This document shows, one piece after another, positions 45,360-55,305 of a stretch of 64,000 nt of DNA; the first letter of the stretch is position 1, and each line of letters begins with the position of its first letter. Made by a program: the position numbers and the translations under genes. The notes under the pieces are model-generated. The model was not told the DNA's origin, ran no database searches, and saw only the letters and a list, made by a program, of their open reading frames with translations. The stretch is taken from assembly GCA_964657945.1 (NCBI GenBank), contig CAZZWM010000001.1, positions 321-64,320 on the forward strand. The letters are read 5' to 3'. This DNA is from an uncultured Steroidobacteraceae bacterium. GTDB lineage: Bacteria > Pseudomonadota > Gammaproteobacteria > Steroidobacterales > Steroidobacteraceae.

Positions 45360-45593
45360 ATGCAGTACAACGAAGATCAGCTGGCTCAGCTCGCTGCCAC
45401 CGTGGCCGCGGGCATTGTGAAGGATGCGGAGCTGTTCAGGCGAAGCAGTGACAAGGAAAAGGTTCGCGCGGCTGCGCGCGACGTTGCCAAGGTCAGCTTG
45501 CTGGTGGCCCGCCATATTCTGGCGGGTGCGCACGCCGCGGCGCAGAAGCAAGACGAGCTGGAACTGCTGTACGACGACGCGGATTTTCTCTAG
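45360..45593 (+). CDS. hypothetical 77-aa protein
   Basis: ATG ORF with high GC3 and a helical, Ala-rich sequence. No SD and no recognisable family. Confidence 0.45.
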   Translation: MQYNEDQLAQLAATVAAGIVKDAELFRRSSDKEKVRAAARDVAKVSLLVARHILAGAHAAAQKQDELELLYDDADFL

Positions 45594-45611
45594 GGTACCG
45601 GTGTTCCGGTC

Positions 45612-47291
45612 TCACTTCGAGTAAGAAATTCGATAGATTACATTGTTGCCGTCTTCACTCATCAGCAGCGAACCGTCGGTCAATTGCAGCGTTGCCACGG
45701 GGCGACCCCAAACGCTCGAATCGTCGACGATGAATCCGGTCAAAAAGTCCTCGTAATCGCCGACCGGTTCGCCATTCTTCATGTGCACCCGCACCAGCTT
45801 GTAGCCGGTTCGCAGGCTGCGATTCCAGGAGCCGTGAAACCCCACGATGGCGTCGCCGACATAGTCGGCCGGGAATGCGGATTTTCCGCTGCTCGACGTA
45901 TAAAACGTCATGCTGAGCGGCGCCGAATGCGCTTGATACAGCACGTCAGGCACGGACACCTTGTCCTTCAAGTCCGGACGGTGGCCGCCATATCGGGGGT
46001 CTTCATTGGCTCCGATGTAGTACCAGGGCCATCCGAAAAAGCTGCCGCGCCTTATCCGGGTGGAATAGTCGGGCACCAAATCATCGCCGCGTCCATCGCG
46101 TTCGTTGGTGGTGCACCACAGAGCACCATTGGCAGGCTGGACGGTGAGGCTGACGCAATTTCGAATGCCCGTGGCGAAGTTGCGTGCAGCGCCGGGCGAT
46201 GCCCTGTCGAATTCCAGTACCGCTGCACGATTGAGTTCGCCGTCCCAAGCGGCGCCCAACCCATGCTCCGCTTCCCAAGCTTTCACTTGCTCGGGCGTTT
46301 TCTTCGACATTCTCTCGGCGACATTCGATCCCGATCCGACCGACACGAACAGCCGGGTGCCGTCCGCGGAGAATGCGATATCGCGCGTGGCATGGCCGCC
46401 GGTCGGCAGCTGCGGCACCACGGTCTGCGCTGCGCCGCGCGCGTGGACATCGCCGATCTGAAACGCGAATCGCACCACGCGATCGATCTCAGCCACGTAC
46501 AGCCATTGGGGATGCTCCAGGCTTGGATAAAAGGCGATCCCGAAGGGCTGTTTGAGGCCGGCGGCGAATACATCGGCGGCCGCCGCGCGCGAGCCATCGG
46601 CGTCCGGATGCAGCACGCTCACGCGGCCACCCGCCATCTCCGTGACGAAGACATCGCCGTTGGGGGCCTGCAGCATTTTGCGAGGTGCGGCCAGGCCCGC
46701 CGCGAAGGTCTCGATGCGAAATCCAGGCGGCAGCGACAACTTGGCCCCTGCGGGTTTCGGTACCACCGATGTTTCGTTGTTCGCCGAGGGGGTGGCAAAC
46801 GGCGCAGCGAGCGCTGCCGCGCTGATGTGATGCGCAGTGCCCGGCTGATCCAAGCGCCAATCGGCGGATGCGACGCTGCTGCCCGGAACTCCCGAGGATG
46901 ATGCCGCCGATGGCGGTTTGCCGAGCGACTGAAAGTAGGCGATCAGGTTGTCGCGCTCGATTTCGCCGGGCACCGCGACCGCCATGGTGGTGCCCGGCAC
47001 CACCATGCCCGGTGCCGCCAAGAATCGCTTCAGCGTGGGCGCGTCCCAAATCAGCTTCGAGTTGCGCAGCGCCGCGCTGTAGGGGAAGTTCGCGTCGCTG
47101 CCCGCCGAGCGGCCCATCACTCCGGCGAGCGACGGCCCCTGTGCACCGCCGTGGTCGCCGGTTTCAGCCGAGTGGCAGAGGGCGCAACGCTCGAGAAAGA
47201 CCTGTCTGCCGGCGCCCACGTCGACACCCGAGTAGGTTGCACAGCCGGTCAGGCCGCCTAGCATGCACATGAGCCACGAGATTTCGCGCAT
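45612..47291 (-). CDS. lipoprotein with N-terminal cytochrome c domain fused to a PQQ-dependent sugar (sorbosone/glucose) dehydrogenase-like beta-propeller
   Basis: ATG 47291 gives MREISWLMCMLGGLTGC (lipobox LTGC). Heme motif CALCHS plus GTTM (Met ligand region). The propeller part (FAAGL..PR.M...PNGDVFV.E, HATRDIAFS.DG, LWCTTNERD..GDDLVPDY, FFGWPWYY) is typical of the GSDH family. Confidence 0.8.
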   Translation of the reverse strand: MREISWLMCMLGGLTGCATYSGVDVGAGRQVFLERCALCHSAETGDHGGAQGPSLAGVMGRSAGSDANFPYSAALRNSKLIWDAPTLKRFLAAPGMVVPGTTMAVAVPGEIERDNLIAYFQSLGKPPSAASSSGVPGSSVASADWRLDQPGTAHHISAAALAAPFATPSANNETSVVPKPAGAKLSLPPGFRIETFAAGLAAPRKMLQAPNGDVFVTEMAGGRVSVLHPDADGSRAAAADVFAAGLKQPFGIAFYPSLEHPQWLYVAEIDRVVRFAFQIGDVHARGAAQTVVPQLPTGGHATRDIAFSADGTRLFVSVGSGSNVAERMSKKTPEQVKAWEAEHGLGAAWDGELNRAAVLEFDRASPGAARNFATGIRNCVSLTVQPANGALWCTTNERDGRGDDLVPDYSTRIRRGSFFGWPWYYIGANEDPRYGGHRPDLKDKVSVPDVLYQAHSAPLSMTFYTSSSGKSAFPADYVGDAIVGFHGSWNRSLRTGYKLVRVHMKNGEPVGDYEDFLTGFIVDDSSVWGRPVATLQLTDGSLLMSEDGNNVIYRISYSK

Positions 47292-47329
47292 ACGGAAATA
47301 TAGCTCACCTGGGTACAATCGTCGCAAAC

Positions 47330-48877
47330 ATGCAACTGTTCGAAATCACGTTGTTATTGCTGGCGGTCGCCGTCCTGCTGCTGCAGGCCGCCCGCCGATT
47401 GCGCCTGCCCTATCCATCGCTGTTGGCCTTGGCGGGCGGTTGCGTGGCGCTGATGCCGTTCGCGCCGCACTTGAACATCGACCCACGCCTGGCACTGGCC
47501 TTGTTCGTGGCGCCCGCCGTCATGGATACGGCATTCGATCTGCCCCCCAGAGATCTGGTGCGGTTGTGGCTGCCTATCGTCTCCTTGGCGGTGGTGCTGG
47601 TGGTGCTCACGGCGGCGGCGGTCGCCTGGATCGGGGTTCGTTACGGCGGACTGCCGCTGGCAGCAGCGGTGGCATTGGGCGCCATCGTGGCGCCGCCGGA
47701 CGCGGCTGCCGCGGCCGCGGTGCTGCGCGAGTTCGATCTTCCCCGCAGAACCATGGCCGTCCTGCAGGGCGAGAGCCTGCTGAATGACGCGGTGGCGCTG
47801 CTGCTGTTCAGCCTGGCGGTGACCGTCACCATCTCGCCCGGCAGCGAATCGAGCGTGCTGTTGACGCGTCTGTTGATCGCGGTGCCCGGGGGCACGGCGC
47901 TGGGAATTGGTATCGGCTTCGTGGGTACGAAAATGATCCCCAAACTGGCCGGCACACTTTCGTCGATCTTGGCGCAGTTTCTGTTGACCTATGGCGCCTG
48001 GATTCTGGCCGATCGATTGGGTTTGTCTTCCATCATGTGCGTGGTGGGGTTGGCTGCCGTGGCATCGCGAATCACACCGGCTCGCACCAGCGCGAGGGAT
48101 CGCGTCAATGCGAACGCGGTTTGGGCCACCATTGTGTTCGTGCTCAATGTGCTGGCCTTCCTGCTGATGGGCTTGCAGGCTCGCGGCATCCTCGATCAGC
48201 TGCCGGCGGACAAGCTGCATCACGCGCTGATGTTTGGCGGCCTCGTGCTCGCAACGGTGATCGGGGTGCGCATTGCCTATGTGATGAGCTATGGCTTGGT
48301 GCTGCGCCGCTTCCGCCGTTTCTTTGAAGCGCGCGTCATCGGCGGACCGGTACCCAGTGCCCCAATCGGCGTGCTCGTTTCCTGGTGCGGCATGCGCGGA
48401 CTGGTGACGTTGGCGACCGGGTTTGCATTGCCGGCAGAGTTCCCAGGCCGCGACGTCATTGTATTGAGCGCATTCACGGTGGTGTTGGGCACGCTCATTC
48501 TGCAGGGCTTCACCATCAGACCCCTGATCGCGGCGTTGCGCATTGAACCCGACGAAACGCTGGATGTCGACGTGGCGGCCGCGCGCAAAGCCATGCTGGA
48601 TGCCGCCCTGGATGAGCTGGCCGTCGAGTCAGGGGCGGGTGCGCAGGAGGTGCGCGCGGAATTCGCAGCGGCGCGGGCAGCCACGGTGGGCCGGTCTCGG
48701 CCGGTGACGGACTACGATAGCTTGAGGCGCAGGGCGCTTGAGGCCGAACGCCGGGTATTGAACGAGTGGCGCCGCGAGGGACGCATCTTGGATGACGTCT
48801 ATCATTTGTTGGAGGACGAGCTGGACCGCGCCGAACTGCATTCGGCCTCCTTGGAAACCACCTTTCTGGAAGGTTGA
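47330..48877 (+). CDS. Na+/H+ antiporter (CPA1/NhaP-type)
   Basis: 515 aa. MQLFEITLLLLAVAVLL......LRLPYP..LALAGG, FVAPAVMDTAF, GAIVAPPDAAAAAAV, GESLLNDA.ALLLF, CGMRGLVTLA, and a soluble C-terminal tail. Confidence 0.85.
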   Translation: MQLFEITLLLLAVAVLLLQAARRLRLPYPSLLALAGGCVALMPFAPHLNIDPRLALALFVAPAVMDTAFDLPPRDLVRLWLPIVSLAVVLVVLTAAAVAWIGVRYGGLPLAAAVALGAIVAPPDAAAAAAVLREFDLPRRTMAVLQGESLLNDAVALLLFSLAVTVTISPGSESSVLLTRLLIAVPGGTALGIGIGFVGTKMIPKLAGTLSSILAQFLLTYGAWILADRLGLSSIMCVVGLAAVASRITPARTSARDRVNANAVWATIVFVLNVLAFLLMGLQARGILDQLPADKLHHALMFGGLVLATVIGVRIAYVMSYGLVLRRFRRFFEARVIGGPVPSAPIGVLVSWCGMRGLVTLATGFALPAEFPGRDVIVLSAFTVVLGTLILQGFTIRPLIAALRIEPDETLDVDVAAARKAMLDAALDELAVESGAGAQEVRAEFAAARAATVGRSRPVTDYDSLRRRALEAERRVLNEWRREGRILDDVYHLLEDELDRAELHSASLETTFLEG

Positions 48878-49009
48878 GGGCCCAGCCATGACGGGGTCGC
48901 GATTTGACGACAGCGCCTTAATGCGCGACGAGCAAATTTTGTGTCAAACTTTTTGGCGGGGAGATAACCTCAATGATGATCGGTAGCGTGGCAACTTAGG
49001 AGACCACGG

Positions 49010-51478
49010 GTGGCTTTACGAAGAATGGCGATGGGGATGGTGGGGGCGGTGATGGCGGTTGCGGCCGCCTCGGCTCTGGGGCCCGAGCAGCTGCCGTTGC
49101 GGCACGAGGTGGCGCCCGGCGCGGCCCAACTGAAGGTTTTCGGCGGGCGCAGCGCGCAGCAGGTAGCCAGTTTCAGCGGTTCCAAATTCGACGCGGCGTT
49201 GGCGCAAATTGCACGGCATGCCAATTCGCTGCGACCAGGACTCGAGATGGAAGATCTCAGAGACCTGAACCCGGGAGCACGTTTTCATCAGGCCCCCGAC
49301 GGTACGCCCATGGTGCTCATCGAGGCGACAACGCGCGGTGATCCGTTACAGCTGAAATCCACGCTGATCCATATGGGACTGCAGCGCGCCGCGCAGTTCT
49401 CAAACGCCGTCGGCGGCTGGCTGCCGGTGAGTCAACTCGATGCGGTGACCCAGCAAGCGGAATTGCATTCCATCCGCGCCTCCATGCCCTACACGCGCAC
49501 CGGCGCAACCACGACGCAGGGGGACTTCGTCATGAACGCTCCGACTGTGCGTTCTGCAAATTCCTTGTCAGGCAATGGCGTGAAGGTCGGCATTCTATCG
49601 GACAGCTATGACTGTTACGCGGCCTACGCGGCCAATGGCGTTCCCGCCGGCGGCCACAACGGTTATGCGAACGAGAACGGCATCACCACCACGGCCGCGG
49701 GCGACATAGCCACGAACGACATACCGTCGAATGTGACCGTCAACGAGGAGAGCAATACGAACACTGTAAAGGCGGACAATTCCTGTTTCGCCTATCTTCC
49801 CCAGCAGCTGCCCTTTGGCGATGAAGGTCGCGCCATGATGCAAATCGTGCACGACGTGGCGCCCAATGCCAGCTTGGATTTTTACCCGGCGATCTTTGGG
49901 CAACCCGATTTTGCGAACGGCATCATCACCATGGCGAATCAAGGTGCCAAAATCATCGCCGACGACGTGGGGTATTTCGAAGAGCCCTTCTTCCAGGATG
50001 GCGTGGTCTCTCAGGCCATCACGCAGGTCAAAGCGGCCGGCGTTGCCTACTTCACCGCAGCGGGCAACAACGGCAACTTTGCCTACGACAATCCCACCAA
50101 TCCGACGGCGCCGGCCACCACGCCCTTGTCGTTCAATACCACGGCGGGTGCCGGCCTGCCCGGCGCGGGCGAGAAGCTGCTGAACTTCGATGCCACGGGC
50201 AACACGACGACGACCCAGCTGCACGTCACGGTGCCGGCGTTGCGCCCTGGCGATTTTCTCGCCGTGGTCGTGCAGTGGGATCAGCCCTTCGTCACGGGCG
50301 CAGCGGACAGCGGAGGCGCCACCAGCCAAATCGATGTGTGTCTGCTCAATGTCACGGGCAACGACACCATCGGCGACGACGACCTGAATCCGCTCAGTGA
50401 CAATTGCAGCGGCGTCAACGCGCTGGGCGGGGATCCGTTGCAAGTCATTCTCGTCGGAAATCCCGCCAGCACCACCGGCAACAGCGCCGCGGCGGCGTTC
50501 GACATCCAGATCGGTTTGGCGAACAACACGCCGGCGCCGAAGCGCATCAAGGTGGCTGTCGAAGGCAATGGGTTGGGTCTGACCTTAACTCCTGCGCTTT
50601 TCACCGGCACCAGCCCGACCATTCAAGGGCATTCGATGTCGGCGGATGCCATCAGTGTCGGCGCGGCGCTGTACTCCAATACCCCAGCGTGCGGCGTTAC
50701 TCCCGCGCAGGCCGAGGTCTATTCCTCGTTCGGCGGCGGTCCCACCTTGTTCGATTCAACTGGCACCGCTTTGGCGAGCCCGCAGGTGCGCCAGAAACCG
50801 GACCTCGTTGGCCCGGACGGCGGCAGCGATACATTTCTGGGCGAGAATCTTGGTGCCAACACATCGAGCATCGCGGGTTGCGTCAACGGAACCACGTTCC
50901 CGAATTTCCGGGGCACCTCCGCGGCGACGCCCCATGTGGCCGCGGTTGCTGCGCTGCTGCTCGAAGCAGATCCGAGCCTGACGGTCGACCAGCTCTACAC
51001 CATTTTGCGGCAGTCGACGGTCTCCATGGCGCCCGCATCGCCTAATATCGTGGGAGCCGGCTTAATCCAAGCGGACTTGGCCGCTGCCAACACGCCAGCA
51101 GTCATCCCGCCAGCGCCCGTTCTGACGCTGGCATCGACTTCCGTAGCAGTGGGAGCGTCCACCACCCTGACATGGACATCATCGAACAATCAAGGATGCA
51201 CGGCATCCGGTACTTGGAGCGGTGCGCAGTCCAGCAATGGGCAGCTCACCATTACTCCAACCACCGCCGGAACTCAGACCTATACGTTGGTGTGCACCAA
51301 TGTCGCTGGGACCTCACAAGCGGACTCGGTCACATTGACCGTAAAGGCGGCTTCGTCAGGCGGCGGCCACGGCGGCGGCAGCTTCGACATCGGGCTGCTG
51401 CTCGGCTTGAGCAGCTTGCTGGCCGGCCGGGCGTTCATCGCCCGGCGAAACCGCTTTACGCAGCACCGCGCCCCATGA
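49010..51478 (+). CDS. secreted subtilisin-like (S8) serine protease with Ig-like domain and GlyGly-CTERM-like tail
   Basis: 822 aa, GTG start with AGGAG 7 nt upstream, and a signal peptide. Catalytic regions VKVGILSDSYD (Asp), QIVHDVAPNA (His), GTSAATPHVAAVAALL (Ser). C-terminus SGGGHGGGSFDIGLLLGLSSLLAGRAFIARRNR. Confidence 0.85.
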   Translation: MALRRMAMGMVGAVMAVAAASALGPEQLPLRHEVAPGAAQLKVFGGRSAQQVASFSGSKFDAALAQIARHANSLRPGLEMEDLRDLNPGARFHQAPDGTPMVLIEATTRGDPLQLKSTLIHMGLQRAAQFSNAVGGWLPVSQLDAVTQQAELHSIRASMPYTRTGATTTQGDFVMNAPTVRSANSLSGNGVKVGILSDSYDCYAAYAANGVPAGGHNGYANENGITTTAAGDIATNDIPSNVTVNEESNTNTVKADNSCFAYLPQQLPFGDEGRAMMQIVHDVAPNASLDFYPAIFGQPDFANGIITMANQGAKIIADDVGYFEEPFFQDGVVSQAITQVKAAGVAYFTAAGNNGNFAYDNPTNPTAPATTPLSFNTTAGAGLPGAGEKLLNFDATGNTTTTQLHVTVPALRPGDFLAVVVQWDQPFVTGAADSGGATSQIDVCLLNVTGNDTIGDDDLNPLSDNCSGVNALGGDPLQVILVGNPASTTGNSAAAAFDIQIGLANNTPAPKRIKVAVEGNGLGLTLTPALFTGTSPTIQGHSMSADAISVGAALYSNTPACGVTPAQAEVYSSFGGGPTLFDSTGTALASPQVRQKPDLVGPDGGSDTFLGENLGANTSSIAGCVNGTTFPNFRGTSAATPHVAAVAALLLEADPSLTVDQLYTILRQSTVSMAPASPNIVGAGLIQADLAAANTPAVIPPAPVLTLASTSVAVGASTTLTWTSSNNQGCTASGTWSGAQSSNGQLTITPTTAGTQTYTLVCTNVAGTSQADSVTLTVKAASSGGGHGGGSFDIGLLLGLSSLLAGRAFIARRNRFTQHRAP

Positions 51479-51504
51479 ATTCGGGCCGGGACAGCCTGTT
51501 GAAA

Positions 51505-51864
51505 CTAAACGCTGCAGCTCGATTCGGCGTGTACGTTCACGGAACCATCGTTGTTCACGCTGACCGTATCGTCATGCCCGCACTTGCGTGACGTGGAATC
51601 CGTGCTCGTCGCCGTCCAAGCCAGATTGGCCCGGCCGGTCGCGTCGGCCACGGCGTTGATCGGCACGGAGGTAAATCCGTTGATGCGGGCGTTTTCCAAC
51701 ACCACTCGCTCCGGCCGTGTATTCATGTCATAAACGGTGACCACAATATCCGAGGTGCCGTCATTGGTGATTTTAACTTGAACGCCTTCCCCGCCCAATG
51801 CCGTTCCGCTGAACAACACCGGCATGGCGGAGACCATCAAGGCAGCGACAATTCTTGCGCGCAT
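51505..51864 (-). CDS. small secreted hypothetical protein
   Basis: ATG 51864 has AGGAGG 8 nt upstream (track start 51888 rejected). Signal peptide MRARIVAALMVSAMPVLFSGTALG. The mature part is ~95 aa, beta-rich, with 2 Cys near the C-terminus. Confidence 0.7.
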   Translation of the reverse strand: MRARIVAALMVSAMPVLFSGTALGGEGVQVKITNDGTSDIVVTVYDMNTRPERVVLENARINGFTSVPINAVADATGRANLAWTATSTDSTSRKCGHDDTVSVNNDGSVNVHAESSCSV

Positions 51865-52009
51865 GTTCTTATCCTCCTGGCAGTCCAACGGGAATAACCT
51901 GAGTAAAGCCTATGCTTAGGTGTCTCGCGTTGACAGCAGCCACGTCCTGTCAAGACTGTCGGAGGCTGCCTACTCTCACAAATTGTTGGTTTCGTTGAGA
52001 AAAATTTGA

Positions 52010-53887
52010 ATGAATGACACATCTTTGCATGATCCACAGAAACGCACCGGGGCCCTGTTCGGAGCTCTGGGCGTGGTGTTCGGCGATCTCGGCACCAGTC
52101 CTCTGTACACCTTGCAAACCGTGGTGCAATCGATGGGCGGTCAGTTCACACATCAGACGGCCTTGGGGATTTTGTCGCTGATTTTTTGGACCCTGATACT
52201 GACGGTCTCGATCAAGTACTGCCTTTTTGTCATGCGCGCCGACAACCGCGGCGAAGGCGGAATCCTGGCGCTGATGTCCTCCATCGGAGCGAATGGCTTT
52301 ACGCCGGGCTTCAAAATGCTCACGGGCATGGGACTGTTGGGCGCAGCGCTCATCTACGGCGACGGTGTCATTACTCCGGCCATTTCGGTGTTGAGCGCGT
52401 TGGAAGGCGTCAACGTGGTGACCGAGTCGTTGAAGCCCTATGTCATGCCGATTGCGGTCGTCATCCTGCTGGGCCTGTTTGCGGGACAACGGTACGGCAC
52501 CGAAAGAATCGGCCGCGCATTCGGACCCATCATGACGTTGTGGTTCGTGGTCATCGCAGCGCTCGGCGTCCTGTCGATCGCGCGGCATCCGGCGGTTCTG
52601 GCGGCCGTCGATCCCCGCTACGCCGTGCGGTTCATGACGGCGACGGGACGGTCCGGCTTTCTGGTATTGGGCGGGGTGTTCCTGTGCATCACGGGAGCCG
52701 AGGCGCTGTATGCCGACATGGGTCATTTCGGCAAGAGTCCGATCCGGCGTTCGTGGTATCTGATCGTTTTGCCCGCGCTGTTGTTGAGCTATGCGGGTCA
52801 GACCGCATTTCTGCTCGACAAGGGCACGGTCAGCGGCAATCCCTTTTTCCTGATAGCGCCCGCTTGGTCGATCTATCCGATGGTGATACTCGCCACGCTC
52901 GCCACCATCATCGCCAGCCAGGCCATCATCACAGGCTCCTTCTCGATGACGCGGCAGGCGATGCAGCTCGGCTGGTTGCCGGGCGTGGCCATTCGTCAAA
53001 CATCCGATCGTGTGTACGGACAGATCTATGTCCCGGTGGTCAACTGGCTGCTGATGATCGCCACCATCGCGACGACCATTGCATTCGGCAGCTCCGATCG
53101 ACTGGCGGGCGCCTACGGCACGGCGGTGTCGACCACCATGCTGCTCACCACCATCCTCTTGTATCGCGCCATGCGTGATCTTTGGCAATGGCCGCTGGCG
53201 TCGGCCATGGGACTTGCGGGACTGTTCATCGCCGTGGATGCGACGTTCTTCCTGGCAAATTTGATGAAGATTGCGGAGGGCGGTTGGCTGCCGCTGACCT
53301 TTGCGGCTTTGTTGTTCGTCGTCATGGTCACCTGGCGCAGAGGAGTCGAAGCGATTCGCGCCACCTTGCAGCAGGCGCCGAATGCAGCCGATCAGTTCCT
53401 GTCGAATCTCAAGAGCGGCGCGATTCCCCGGGTGGAGGGCACTACGGTGTTCCTCACGCGCTCAACTCAAAAGGTGTCGCGCCTCATCATGGACCATGCG
53501 CATTTCGTCGGCGTACTGCCGCGGCATGCAATCGCCCTCAGCGTCAACTTCGAGAACACCCCACGCATATCGGGCCCCAATTGCAATGTGGTCGACACGG
53601 TGGGCGAGGGCCTGTGGCATGTGGTTGCCCGCTTCGGTTTCATGGAGATCCCGGATTTGCGGCACGCGTTGATGCGGGCGCATGGCTTCCATCAGGCCAT
53701 CGATTTCGACAAGGCCATGTTCATCGGTACCCGCGACCTGGTGGTGCGCAAACGCAAGGACGCCAGTTTGTCAGGCTGGCGTTCGGTGCTATTTGCCTTC
53801 CTTTATCGAAACTCGGCCAAGGTCGTCGATCGTTTCAATCTGGCGCCCGCGAATGTGATCGAGATTGCCAGGCAAATTGAGATCTAA
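52010..53887 (+). CDS. kup: KUP/HAK/KT-family potassium transporter
   Basis: 625 aa. GALGVVFGDLGTSPLYTL, FWTLILTVSIKYCLFVMRADNRGEGGILALMS, YGDGVITPAISVLSA, GAEALYADMGHFG. Collinear with E. coli Kup. Confidence 0.9.
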   Translation: MNDTSLHDPQKRTGALFGALGVVFGDLGTSPLYTLQTVVQSMGGQFTHQTALGILSLIFWTLILTVSIKYCLFVMRADNRGEGGILALMSSIGANGFTPGFKMLTGMGLLGAALIYGDGVITPAISVLSALEGVNVVTESLKPYVMPIAVVILLGLFAGQRYGTERIGRAFGPIMTLWFVVIAALGVLSIARHPAVLAAVDPRYAVRFMTATGRSGFLVLGGVFLCITGAEALYADMGHFGKSPIRRSWYLIVLPALLLSYAGQTAFLLDKGTVSGNPFFLIAPAWSIYPMVILATLATIIASQAIITGSFSMTRQAMQLGWLPGVAIRQTSDRVYGQIYVPVVNWLLMIATIATTIAFGSSDRLAGAYGTAVSTTMLLTTILLYRAMRDLWQWPLASAMGLAGLFIAVDATFFLANLMKIAEGGWLPLTFAALLFVVMVTWRRGVEAIRATLQQAPNAADQFLSNLKSGAIPRVEGTTVFLTRSTQKVSRLIMDHAHFVGVLPRHAIALSVNFENTPRISGPNCNVVDTVGEGLWHVVARFGFMEIPDLRHALMRAHGFHQAIDFDKAMFIGTRDLVVRKRKDASLSGWRSVLFAFLYRNSAKVVDRFNLAPANVIEIARQIEI

Positions 53888-53991
53888 TCCTCGGCCAGTG
53901 CGGCTGTGGTCATCCGGCGCGCTGGCAGTGATGCGCCTCTCTCGCCGCAGCCTTGATGGCGTCGCCCCACCTGTAAGCGCAGGCGTAAGCA

Positions 53992-55305
53992 CTAGGCCGG
54001 CAAAACGTGCCCTGTGAGCTCGCCGAAGCCGATGGACGCCGCTCCGGGCCGCTCGCAGCGGCCGCGAAAAATCACCGTATCCCCGTCCTCCAGAAAGGTG
54101 CGCTTTTCAGACCCCACGGCCAAGGGCTTGGAGCCTCCGGCGCTCAACTCCAGCAACGATCCGGCTTCGGCCGGCGTCGGTCCGGACTGGGTGCCGCTGC
54201 CGAACAAATCGCCGGCGCGCAAATTGCAGCCATTGATGGTGTGATGAGCGACCAATTGCGGCACAGTCCAATAAGAATGCCGAAAGCTGGTCTGCGATAA
54301 CCGTTGAGCCGGGCTGCCGGCGTCGCGCATGCGGGCGGTCTGCAGCAGCACTTCCAGCTGGATGTCGATTGCGCCGCATTCGCGGTTGGCCGGCGAGTCC
54401 AGGTAGGGCAGCGGCTGCGGATCATCCGACGGCCGCGCGAAAGGCACGCGAAACGGCGCCAGCGCTTCGAGCGTGACCACCCAGGGCGAAATGCCGGTGG
54501 CGAAACTCTTGGCAAGGAAAGGCCCGAGAGGTTGATACTCCCAGGCCTGAATGTCCCGCGCCGACCAATCGTTGAGCAGACAAAGTCCGAAGATGTGATC
54601 TTCCGCTTCGGCCATGGGAATGGGCTCGCCCAGCGCATTACCGCTGCCGATGAAAATGCCCAGCTCCAATTCGTAATCGAGGCGTTGACTGGGTCCGACC
54701 GTGGGCGCGGCCGCGCCTGCAGGCATTCGTTGTCCACGCGGTCGAGGAAAGCTTTGACCCGACACGCCGATGGAAGAACTGCGGCCGTGGTAGCCAATCG
54801 GCACCCATTTGTAGTTCGGCATCAGGGGATTGTCGGGTCTGAACAGGCGCCCGACCGCGGTGGCATGATGAATGGAAATGAAAAAATCGGTGTAGTCGCC
54901 GATGTCGGCGGGAAGCGCGAAGCGCGCCTCACGCTGCGGCACCAAGCACCGCCTGACCACCGCCTGTTGGGCCGCGCCGTGCAGCAGCGCGTCGAACAGA
55001 GACCGGCGCAAAGCCGAGGAGGCAGCGGGTCCCAGTTGCATCAATGCATTCAGCGACGACTGTGCACCCGCGCGCAGGCCTGAAGCGGCCAGGTCTTGGC
55101 ACAGTCCCATCTTGTCGAGCGCGGCTAGATCGACGATGGCATCGCCGATGGCCACGCCGCCGCGGAATCTCTCGGTGTCATCGCGGCGAAAAATGCCGAA
55201 GGGCAGATTCTGGATGGGGAAGTCAGTGCCCGGGGCATTTGCGGACTCCAGCCAGCTGCGCGCGTTCGCGTCGTGGGTGGCGTTCAACAAGGCTGTCATG
55301 TTCAT
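53992..55305 (-). CDS. fahA: fumarylacetoacetase
   Basis: The track ORF extends to 55821; ATG 55305 ([39 protein letters not shown]) overlaps the hmgA stop in ATGA. Motifs [44 protein letters not shown]. Confidence 0.9.
   Translation of the reverse strand: MNMTALLNATHDANARSWLESANAPGTDFPIQNLPFGIFRRDDTERFRGGVAIGDAIVDLAALDKMGLCQDLAASGLRAGAQSSLNALMQLGPAASSALRRSLFDALLHGAAQQAVVRRCLVPQREARFALPADIGDYTDFFISIHHATAVGRLFRPDNPLMPNYKWVPIGYHGRSSSIGVSGQSFPRPRGQRMPAGAAAPTVGPSQRLDYELELGIFIGSGNALGEPIPMAEAEDHIFGLCLLNDWSARDIQAWEYQPLGPFLAKSFATGISPWVVTLEALAPFRVPFARPSDDPQPLPYLDSPANRECGAIDIQLEVLLQTARMRDAGSPAQRLSQTSFRHSYWTVPQLVAHHTINGCNLRAGDLFGSGTQSGPTPAEAGSLLELSAGGSKPLAVGSEKRTFLEDGDTVIFRGRCERPGAASIGFGELTGHVLPA

Noticed and set aside
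48889-48987. 32-aa ORF (MTGSRFDDSALMRDEQILCQTFWRGDNLNDDR) upstream of the S8 protease, considered as a possible leader peptide.
   Set aside because: It has no SD, no hydrophobic or regulatory codon pattern, and an AT-rich promoter-like context.
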